Positions 16,582-23,767 of a stretch of DNA of 33,447 nucleotides are shown here, piece by piece (the stretch's first letter is position 1; each line of letters begins with the position of its first letter). The notes under the pieces are model-generated. The model worked only from the letters and a program-made list of their open reading frames with translations, was not told the DNA's origin and did not search any database. Position numbers and translations under genes: made by a program. Source of the DNA: Crocinitomicaceae bacterium (GTDB lineage Bacteria > Bacteroidota > Bacteroidia > Flavobacteriales_D > Crocinitomicaceae); NCBI GenBank assembly GCA_050289845.1, contig JBNKGN010000001.1, positions 1 to 33,447 of the forward strand. The letters are read 5' to 3'.

Positions 16582-17553
16582 TTACTCTTGCACAGCATGC
16601 TTGTATGCCGCCCTACGCAAACGATCATTGATTGCTTCTCCGATGCCATCGTTGGGAACTTCTTCGATGAGAATGATATCGAGATTGAGGGCATCCATTT
16701 CGTACAACGCTGCGTATAAATGAGCCGCGTATTCGCTCAAATCTCCTTTCGGTGAAAGCGCTTTCTGAGGGACAGTATGGTTCGTTACAAGTAATTCGCG
16801 GAATGTGATAATACCTATTTTTAAACCGACGTAGCGCTGCAGTAATGGTTGTAGGTCTCTCGCCAGCATCAAGGGCGTGTTGGGCGAATAGTGCTTTTTA
16901 AACATCCCAGGACTTTCGGGTGCGACTTCATTGTTCGTTTCGTACACTTCGCAATTTAAGGCTTCTTCAATTTGCGCTTTAGTGATGGCGCCTTGCCGGT
17001 AGAGCAGCACTTTTCCTTCTTTAAAACCCACGATGGTCGATTCAATGCCTCGTGAACAGTTGCCGCCGTTTAAAATGAAAGGTGCTTTTTCTCCGAGGGA
17101 CAGGCGCACGTGCTCTGGACTTGTGGGACTAATGTGATTGGAGCGATTGGCACTAGGGGCGACTAGAGGGAAATCAAGGGAAGCCAACAATTGGAGAGTG
17201 ACCTCATGGTCGGGAACTCGGATGCCGACCGTATTTTTCCCCGCTGTGACCAAATCCGAAATATGTGTTTGTTTTTCGAGGACCAAAGTGAGCGGACCGG
17301 GCCAAAAGAGATCGGCTAGTTTTAGTGCAGCATTAGGAATGTTTTGTGCCACGGTGTGCATTGCTTCCTTTTCCTTGACATGGACAATTAGAGGATTGAT
17401 CGGCGGACGATTTTTTGTGGTGTAGATCAATCGAACAGCGCTGTCCGAAAAGGCATTTCCAGCCAAACCATAAACGGTTTCTGTGGGAATTGCGACCAAC
17501 CTCCCTTCTTTCAGCTCACGAGCGGCGCGGGCAATATCTGCAGTCTGCATCAT
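16582..17553 (-). CDS. tsaC: L-threonylcarbamoyladenylate synthase (long Sua5/YwlC type: YrdC domain plus Sua5 domain)
   Basis: 323 aa. It has a YrdC-fold N-terminus (GRLVAIPTETVYGLAGNA, GPLTLVL, VGIRVPDH, PLVAPSANRS) and a C-terminal Sua5 extension. Its ATG is 2 nt after the stop of the upstream gene. Confidence 0.92.
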   Translation of the reverse strand: MMQTADIARAARELKEGRLVAIPTETVYGLAGNAFSDSAVRLIYTTKNRPPINPLIVHVKEKEAMHTVAQNIPNAALKLADLFWPGPLTLVLEKQTHISDLVTAGKNTVGIRVPDHEVTLQLLASLDFPLVAPSANRSNHISPTSPEHVRLSLGEKAPFILNGGNCSRGIESTIVGFKEGKVLLYRQGAITKAQIEEALNCEVYETNNEVAPESPGMFKKHYSPNTPLMLARDLQPLLQRYVGLKIGIITFRELLVTNHTVPQKALSPKGDLSEYAAHLYAALYEMDALNLDIILIEEVPNDGIGEAINDRLRRAAYKHAVQE

Positions 17554-17555
17554 CG

Positions 17556-18401
17556 TTAAGGATTACAAAAATCACAATACATAGGGTCTTCGAACCTTTT
17601 CGAGTTCGGGAAAGACTTGCGCTCCGAATATAGACATTTTGGACACTTGTAGATGTGTTCCAGTGTCGATTTGGTCGGTAAATAGCATTGTTCACACGGC
17701 AAACCTGCGCACGCTTCTGAGACCCAAAAGCCTGGAGATTCGCAAGAGGGACAGGTACTTTCCAGTTTTTGTATTAGCTGCCGAGTGGCTTTTTCTATCG
17801 CTAGCATACGCGTTGGATTGTGCATGGCCCGCATGTCTGTTTCTATCCAAACTTCGGCATTCCGTTCGAGGAGTTCACCCACCATTTTTTCGAATTTTAT
17901 CGGATCAACCAATCCTTTAACAATGGGGCTGGTGTGCTCCTTTTTTCGAAGGATCAAGCCGTGTGACGGAAATAATGCTTGCGTAGCAAATGCTTCTGCT
18001 TCCTCCAGCGATTTGATTGTGGCACCCTGGAAATTGGTTGCAGTGGTAAGTTCCCTTCCAACGATTTCTAAATTGTTTTTTCGGTCGAGAAGCATCACGA
18101 TTTCATCGTTCGCATGTGCAAATGGAAGCAACGGATGAACTCCAAAGGAACCTTCACTGGCAATCGCAAGATCACACGCCATTACTTCCATCGCCATTTC
18201 ACACTTCTTACGTGCCGTTTCGAGTGGTGTTCCCAGGCGATCAATTTCTCCAGAGAAAGTACCTAAAGTGTCCGTGTTTATCTCAGGAACGACACACAGA
18301 GTTTCCAATTTTTTGATTAGCAGCGGAGCAATAACTGTTTCTTTTTGGTGCATGGTCGCAATGGCAATGGTACGACCCGCAAATAAGGAATTGTCATGCA
18401 T
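17556..18401 (-). CDS. Uncharacterised protein with two C-terminal CxxC...CxxC zinc ribbons (possibly DUF6671-like)
   Basis: The ORF is open from 18431, giving 291 aa. I prefer the ATG at 18401 (MHDNSLF..., 281 aa), which overlaps the upstream ORF by 8 nt rather than 38 nt. The N-terminal region reads IAIATMHQKE...DTLGTFSGE. The C-terminus reads CPSC-x18-CEQC and CPKC-x20-CDFC. The DUF6671 assignment is from memory and unverified. Confidence 0.72.
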   Translation of the reverse strand: MHDNSLFAGRTIAIATMHQKETVIAPLLIKKLETLCVVPEINTDTLGTFSGEIDRLGTPLETARKKCEMAMEVMACDLAIASEGSFGVHPLLPFAHANDEIVMLLDRKNNLEIVGRELTTATNFQGATIKSLEEAEAFATQALFPSHGLILRKKEHTSPIVKGLVDPIKFEKMVGELLERNAEVWIETDMRAMHNPTRMLAIEKATRQLIQKLESTCPSCESPGFWVSEACAGLPCEQCYLPTKSTLEHIYKCPKCLYSERKSFPNSKRFEDPMYCDFCNP

Positions 18402-18696
18402 ACATTCGTTCTCGCGTCTGCTCTGGAGCATTTAACTCGATCGAAAATTGAACGTCGACTTCGGTTTTTTCACTCAGGGAAGTGGCAAAAAACGCTTCTA
18501 TTTCAGCTTTCTTTGCTTGAAGCGCTGCAATTTTTTGTTCCGTTAACGCTGGCGTCGTTGAATGATCTCTTTCCCATTGCGAGATGTACGCGTGTTTGCA
18601 GTTCTCAATTTTTTCATCGATGAGTTTCAAGAGTAAATCTTTTGATTCGTGTCTTTGAAATCCTAAATCTTCAATGTTTAGCTTGCTTGTTTTCAT
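18394..18696 (-). CDS. Small (100 aa) predicted helical cytosolic protein, unknown function
   Basis: It is the only ORF filling the dabA-to-next-gene interval. It starts 12 nt after the dabA stop and overlaps the next gene. It is charged and helical in character (ALTEQKIAALQAKKAEIEAFF), with no signal peptide or TM segment. Confidence 0.6.
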   Translation of the reverse strand: MKTSKLNIEDLGFQRHESKDLLLKLIDEKIENCKHAYISQWERDHSTTPALTEQKIAALQAKKAEIEAFFATSLSEKTEVDVQFSIELNAPEQTRERMYA

Positions 18697-18708
18697 AATC
18701 GATTCAAT

Positions 18709-21165
18709 TTAAACGGTGACTAATTCTTTTTCTTTCTGTGTAATGCTTGTGTTTCCAGTGGCTTCCCATTGACCATTTTCACGGTAGCGGTGGCTTATTT
18801 TTCCGTTGGCATCCATGCGCGATAAGGAGATCCATCCATGATCAAACAATTGTTGAACGTGCGCGTGTTTTTCTATTATACTGTTGATTCCGTCAAGTGA
18901 CGCTTCAATGATTACATTGAGTCGTTGCGGTAAGTGTTCCAATTTTTCTCCATTGTGAACCGATTGCAAGGGAAGTCCGATGCGAAGATCGCCGTTCGAT
19001 CCTTCCATTACCCCAATTCCACCCGTGACGTTGTGCAATGTTTTGTTTCCAGCACCGAAGTGTACCGGGTCCACGGCACTCGCGTAATATTGAAGGTTGA
19101 TCCAGCTTGTTACCACCATTGGAGCGGTCATAATGCTTTCCAGGAGTTGGTGTTCTGCATCTAGTTTCTCGTCGTACGAATGCAAGAAGGCTTTTCCATT
19201 CAGATTCAATCCTTCGGTGCGTGATCTTCGGGCTATAATAAAGGCACTACATCCTGCCAATCCCCATTCTGGTCGAATTTGAGACCAATCTTGCGCTCTG
19301 CTTGCTACCTTCTTGTAAATTTTTTCAAATTGTGTGTCGCTAATCTTGAGGCGTTCCGCGCGTTCCATTCGACTCATGGCACTTGCTTTTTGAAGTGAAG
19401 TTTTGATGGATTGGATCGCTGTTGCGTGTGTTTCTGGAAGAAATTTTTCGTTGAGGATTTCTATTTCATCGGTCGTTGTATCATGCAGACATGCCACGAA
19501 AAGCGTTTTTTCAGGTATGATTGTGCCTTGTTTCGCTAGTTCTGCGCGAACTGTTGGGTCGTTCAAAATTTGTTGGGCAGTAAGTGCGTTTATTTCACCC
19601 GAATGACCACCACAAGCACCGCAATCCAGTCCTGCTGCATGCGGATTGTTCACCGAAGAAGAACCGTGTCCAGCAATCAGTACAACGGGAGCCAAATCCT
19701 TTTTGATGCCGATTCCTGTGAGTGCTCCTTGCGCCATAGCAACTTTTTGTTTGAGGGAAATCGCGGACAAATCAAGAATGCGCTCGTGTTGCAGCCATTT
19801 TTTTAGTCCATCTACTTTTGGGTCTGCTGCTGGCCGCGTCAACCCTGTGGAATCAGCGATGAGTTTCGGAAGATAGAGCAACCCTAATGGACTGACAAAC
19901 CCGAAAGAAGTGATGGCACCCGATCGAAATTTCTTCCAGGTTTTTGCTACCTGGTGTTGTGTTGTGCGTTTTCTTTTGGCACGTGTTTCATCCTTAAATG
20001 TCTCTTTTACGGTGCAAGAAGATGGTATGAGTACGGGGCATTGATTTTTCCCTTCGGAATGTCCCAATGGAACATAATCAATTGCGAATCCAAAAAATCC
20101 TGCAAATCCGAATGTTGCTATGGTTGGATCCAATTGTTCGAGGTTTCTTCGGTACACTTCGGAGCGTACATCGATACAAAAGACCATTTGTGCAGCAGTC
20201 GTGCGTTCGGTAGTATCGATTTTATGTGCAATCAAAGCGGATTCTATTTCGGATTGGTGCGCAATATCGTAGGCGTCCTGAAGGAGCAATTCCGTTTCTA
20301 TTTTCTCGAGAAACACACTGTTTTCTGCCTCGGTACCGTGCATTTTTTTGTACCAATCTTCTTTGATCGTCGTATTCCCAAATCCCTCGAGGAAGTAGAA
20401 TTCCCAAGCCAAAAGAATGGCGAGAAAAGCCTGTAATCGATTGTCTTTCTTTTCGTAGAGCGCATTGTTGAAATCCAGACCAGCGATGTATGAGGACCAA
20501 CCAAGCGTTTTTAATAAAACCGAGTGTAAATATGCTTCAACTGTTTCTTCGGGAAGCTTTATTTTGTTCAGAATGAAGGCAATCGTTTCGAAGGAATCAT
20601 CAGGAAGTGTTTTGATCGTTGCTCGGAAGCGTGGCAATCCCATTAATTCAGCGGACAAATCAACCGTGGCTTCAGCTTTCCAGGCTTGATAAACATCTTG
20701 TTCGGCTTGGGTTGTGTTCCAAAGTGCCACATACTCGTCGAAATATGCCGCAGCCCAGGAAGAAATCCGATCGACCATAAAAGTGTCCCAGTCCTTTTTC
20801 GTTATGGTAGAAGCGATACTCACCAAAGTAGCATCTTGTTCAGGGCTTTCATCGACCGTTGCTGTTAACTTTTCAATATGCTTGATCAACGCCTCAAAAT
20901 TGTTGAGTTGTTTGCCGTGTCTCTGAAATGCTGTGGCGATGGCTTCTGGAGTAATGGTGCCGTTGGTTATTTGCTCCAGGTAAAAGGAAAGCGGCATGGT
21001 CATTCGAATGTTTCCACGTTTGGCGAGGTTTTTCGCGGTATCTGAAAACGTACAGTCAGTAAAGCCTACAAAAGGGTTCACGGCAACGTAATTTTTCAAG
21101 GGCCATACAGGTGCGATGCGTTTGCAGCTCGCGTCAATCAGTGCTTTTACGTTCGTTGTGTTCAT
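18709..21165 (-). CDS. dabA: DabA (DUF2309/YbcC family) subunit of a DAB inorganic-carbon pump
   Basis: 818 aa. It has the typical DUF2309 N-terminus (IAPVWPLKNYVAVNPFVGF). Beta-CA-like Zn-site motifs are present: FCIDVRSE (C-x-D-x-R) and GHGSSSVNNPHAAGLDCGACGGH. It is paired with a NuoL/Mrp-like membrane subunit 10 nt upstream. Confidence 0.92.
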   Translation of the reverse strand: MNTTNVKALIDASCKRIAPVWPLKNYVAVNPFVGFTDCTFSDTAKNLAKRGNIRMTMPLSFYLEQITNGTITPEAIATAFQRHGKQLNNFEALIKHIEKLTATVDESPEQDATLVSIASTITKKDWDTFMVDRISSWAAAYFDEYVALWNTTQAEQDVYQAWKAEATVDLSAELMGLPRFRATIKTLPDDSFETIAFILNKIKLPEETVEAYLHSVLLKTLGWSSYIAGLDFNNALYEKKDNRLQAFLAILLAWEFYFLEGFGNTTIKEDWYKKMHGTEAENSVFLEKIETELLLQDAYDIAHQSEIESALIAHKIDTTERTTAAQMVFCIDVRSEVYRRNLEQLDPTIATFGFAGFFGFAIDYVPLGHSEGKNQCPVLIPSSCTVKETFKDETRAKRKRTTQHQVAKTWKKFRSGAITSFGFVSPLGLLYLPKLIADSTGLTRPAADPKVDGLKKWLQHERILDLSAISLKQKVAMAQGALTGIGIKKDLAPVVLIAGHGSSSVNNPHAAGLDCGACGGHSGEINALTAQQILNDPTVRAELAKQGTIIPEKTLFVACLHDTTTDEIEILNEKFLPETHATAIQSIKTSLQKASAMSRMERAERLKISDTQFEKIYKKVASRAQDWSQIRPEWGLAGCSAFIIARRSRTEGLNLNGKAFLHSYDEKLDAEHQLLESIMTAPMVVTSWINLQYYASAVDPVHFGAGNKTLHNVTGGIGVMEGSNGDLRIGLPLQSVHNGEKLEHLPQRLNVIIEASLDGINSIIEKHAHVQQLFDHGWISLSRMDANGKISHRYRENGQWEATGNTSITQKEKELVTV

Positions 21166-21175
21166 ACGTTTTGTT

Positions 21176-22762
21176 TTATCGATTAAGAGTTGTTTCGGTT
21201 TTCAATTGCAAACTATTCATGATGCGATCGAAGATTAAGTTGAAATACAGCCCGTTTCTAAGGTGAATTCCAATGCGGTTTGCCTTATTTTTATTTTGTA
21301 CGGCGTCCCCAGTAACTTGCAGTGCGACGACTATTAGGAATAGGGCAAGTACTGTTGAGGAAATAACAATAAGTGCGGTACTTGGTAGGTGAATTTCTGG
21401 AATTTGATTTCCAATGGCACTTTGCAAGATCCACTCGAAAAAGAAAAAGAAGTTGATCACCATTCCCGAGCCCAGCATCAGATAGAGGATGGATCGAAGG
21501 CTGTTGTTGGAATCCCATGAGTTGATTTGAACAGAAAGTACCCCCAGGAAGATGATACTTCCGATAATCAACAGTTGAAACTCTGTGTTCCAGGTAACGC
21601 CCCAGAAATACGCGATTGAGAAATATAGTCCTACGGAAACCAAGAGTCCAATTGCCATGCGATACACATGTCCCGAACGTACATAGTTGGAAGCGTTTTT
21701 TGTTTTAACGCGATCCACCACACTCCCCGAAGAAAGGAATCCGTGTGCTTTGTAAAATGAATGCGCAATCAAGTGTAGGAGGGAGGCTGCGTATACACCT
21801 AGTCCACAGACCATCAAAGTGAATCCCATGTGCCCAATACTGGAGTAGGCGAGTGATGTTTTAATGGCAGGTTGGGTAATCGAAACAACCGCTCCGAACA
21901 AGGCACTTAATGCTCCGATTGCGACCAGAACACTACTTGCGGTGCTGGCAACATCCATCAGGAAGGCAAAGCGAATGATGAGGAAAGGCCCAGCATTCAA
22001 GAGTCCGGCGTGCAAGAGCGCTGAAACAGGTGTTGGTGCTTCCATGACATCCAAAAGCCAACCGTGGAAAGGCACTTGCACTGATTTCAAACAGGCACTT
22101 AAAACTAGGAATACTGCGGCGAATTCGATGCGGTAGGAAGTTGTATCGCTGGAAAGCAATTGCAATTTTTCGAAAATCGCTTGGAGACTACCCGTGTTGA
22201 ATTCGAGATAGATTAAGAGTAGCCCGATGAACAGCGAAAGATCGCCCAAACGCGCAACCACGAATTTTTTTCGAGCTGCCAGGACCGCCTTTTTTCGATC
22301 TGGATAAAAGAGTAGGAGTTGGTGCAAACCGACACTCGTCCCTACCCAGGCCACAAATAGCGTAGCAATATTACCTGAGAGTACGAGAATTTGAACGAAT
22401 GCGATGGTGAAGGCAAGCCGACGAAAGAATTGTTTGTGTCTTGGATCGCCTTCAAGGTAGTTTCGACTGAAGCGGACAACCACCATGGCAATAATCGAAA
22501 TCATGGCAAACATGAGGATGCTGAGCGAATCGATTCGAATACTTAGTCCCAAATTTTGCAGGCTAAAAAACGAGACTTCTGTAGCATCGTAATTGAACAG
22601 CCATAGCGCGCCTGAAAAAGCCCCAACAAAAGCAATAATCAGTGCGGCGATCAATGTCGAGAAAACGTTAGACACTTTGTGGAAGGGCTTGCCTGAGATA
22701 CTGGTCGCAAAAAGGAGAAGCGCTGGGATAAGTAGAAGAAGACTTGTTATTGTTGCACTCAT
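21176..22762 (-). CDS. dabB: DabB (NuoL/MrpA-like proton-conducting membrane subunit, PF00361-type) of a DAB inorganic-carbon pump
   Basis: 528 aa and highly hydrophobic, with about 13-14 TM segments. It carries antiporter-like motifs (HGWLLDVMEAPTPVSALLHAGLLNAGPFL, SSIGHMGF, HSFYKAHGFL). It lies immediately upstream of dabA. Confidence 0.9.
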   Translation of the reverse strand: MSATITSLLLLIPALLLFATSISGKPFHKVSNVFSTLIAALIIAFVGAFSGALWLFNYDATEVSFFSLQNLGLSIRIDSLSILMFAMISIIAMVVVRFSRNYLEGDPRHKQFFRRLAFTIAFVQILVLSGNIATLFVAWVGTSVGLHQLLLFYPDRKKAVLAARKKFVVARLGDLSLFIGLLLIYLEFNTGSLQAIFEKLQLLSSDTTSYRIEFAAVFLVLSACLKSVQVPFHGWLLDVMEAPTPVSALLHAGLLNAGPFLIIRFAFLMDVASTASSVLVAIGALSALFGAVVSITQPAIKTSLAYSSIGHMGFTLMVCGLGVYAASLLHLIAHSFYKAHGFLSSGSVVDRVKTKNASNYVRSGHVYRMAIGLLVSVGLYFSIAYFWGVTWNTEFQLLIIGSIIFLGVLSVQINSWDSNNSLRSILYLMLGSGMVINFFFFFEWILQSAIGNQIPEIHLPSTALIVISSTVLALFLIVVALQVTGDAVQNKNKANRIGIHLRNGLYFNLIFDRIMNSLQLKTETTLNR

Positions 22763-22853
22763 AATAATCGTTCTTTGTTTTTTTTGACAAAGCTATGGGG
22801 CTTAATTCATATATTTTCATTTATATTTAGAATGGTAACCATAAAATATATTT
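22763..22853. promoter_or_regulatory. Divergent dabB / LysR control region with candidate -7 box and two dyads
   Basis: This is a 91-bp AT-rich spacer. On the minus strand, TAGCTTTG (22788-22795) fits the Bacteroidota -7 consensus TAnnTTTG about 25 nt upstream of the dabB ATG. An inverted repeat CTTTGT-N8-ACAAAG (22773-22792) overlaps that box. An imperfect palindrome ATATTTAGAATGG-TAA-CCATAAAATAT (22823-22849) lies just before the LysR ATG. Confidence 0.4.
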
Positions 22854-23750
22854 ATGAATTATACAATCAACCAGTTGCGGATTTTCCTGAAAATTGTTGA
22901 AACAAAGAGCGTTACTAAGGCTTCGGAGGAGCTTTTTATGACCCAGCCGGCGGTATCTATTCAACTGAAAAACTTCCAGGAGCAGTTTAAAATTCCCCTT
23001 ACAGAAATCGTTGGGAGAAGTCTGCACGTAACAGATTTCGGGTTGGAAATTGCTGGGATTGCTGAACGCGTTTTTGTGGAATTGGAGGAACTAAAGTACA
23101 AGACAAGCGAATACGAGGGCTTACTTGCAGGACGTTTGAAACTTTCGGCGGCTTCAACGGGAAAGTACGTGTTGCCGTTTTTCTTGTCTGATTTTCTTGA
23201 AGGTCAGCCTGGCATCGATTTGATGTTGGATGTGACCAACAAATCCAAAGTGGTAGAAAGTTTGCGCAATAACGAGATTGACTTTGCTATTGTTTCGATT
23301 TTGCCAGAAGATTTAGACGTTCACGAAGAGTTATTGCTTGAAAACAAACTTTATCTGGTCGGCACCAACGAAAACTATAAAGAGAAAAAAGTTTTGATTT
23401 TCCGTGAAGAAGGTTCGGCAACGCGTCAGGAAATGGAGCATTATTTTCAGGAAAAAGACACAAAGAAACGCAAGAAGGTGGAGCTGACTTCCAATGAAGC
23501 GGTAAAGCAGGCAGTGCTGGCTGGACTGGGACATTCGATCCTTCCGTTGATTGGAATCAAAAACGAATTGATGAATAATTCACTAAAAATCATCAAGAAA
23601 AAAGGGCTTCCGATGAAAACGGATTGGCGATTGATTTGGCTAAAAAACAAACGATTGTCCCCAGTTGCAAAAGCCTTTCTGGAATACATCCAACAGGAAA
23701 AAGCGCAGATTTTGGAGAAGCATTTTAAGTGGTACGAGGAGTTTGAGTAG
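22854..23750 (+). CDS. LysR-family transcriptional regulator
   Basis: 298 aa. It has an N-terminal wHTH (LRIFLKIVETKSVTKASEELFMTQPAVSIQLKNFQEQF) and a C-terminal substrate-binding domain. It is divergent from dabB. Confidence 0.92.
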   Translation: MNYTINQLRIFLKIVETKSVTKASEELFMTQPAVSIQLKNFQEQFKIPLTEIVGRSLHVTDFGLEIAGIAERVFVELEELKYKTSEYEGLLAGRLKLSAASTGKYVLPFFLSDFLEGQPGIDLMLDVTNKSKVVESLRNNEIDFAIVSILPEDLDVHEELLLENKLYLVGTNENYKEKKVLIFREEGSATRQEMEHYFQEKDTKKRKKVELTSNEAVKQAVLAGLGHSILPLIGIKNELMNNSLKIIKKKGLPMKTDWRLIWLKNKRLSPVAKAFLEYIQQEKAQILEKHFKWYEEFE

Positions 23751-23767
23751 CGGGCCTGTAGCCTTGT

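Noticed and set aside
19954-20436. 160-aa + strand ORF, and several other 60-100-aa ORFs antisense to dabA and dabB (e.g. 18934-19164, 19403-19606, 20465-20689, 21864-22136).
   Set aside because: All lie antisense inside long conserved genes. They have Cys/Arg/Ser-rich composition typical of shadow ORFs and no start-context or family signal.
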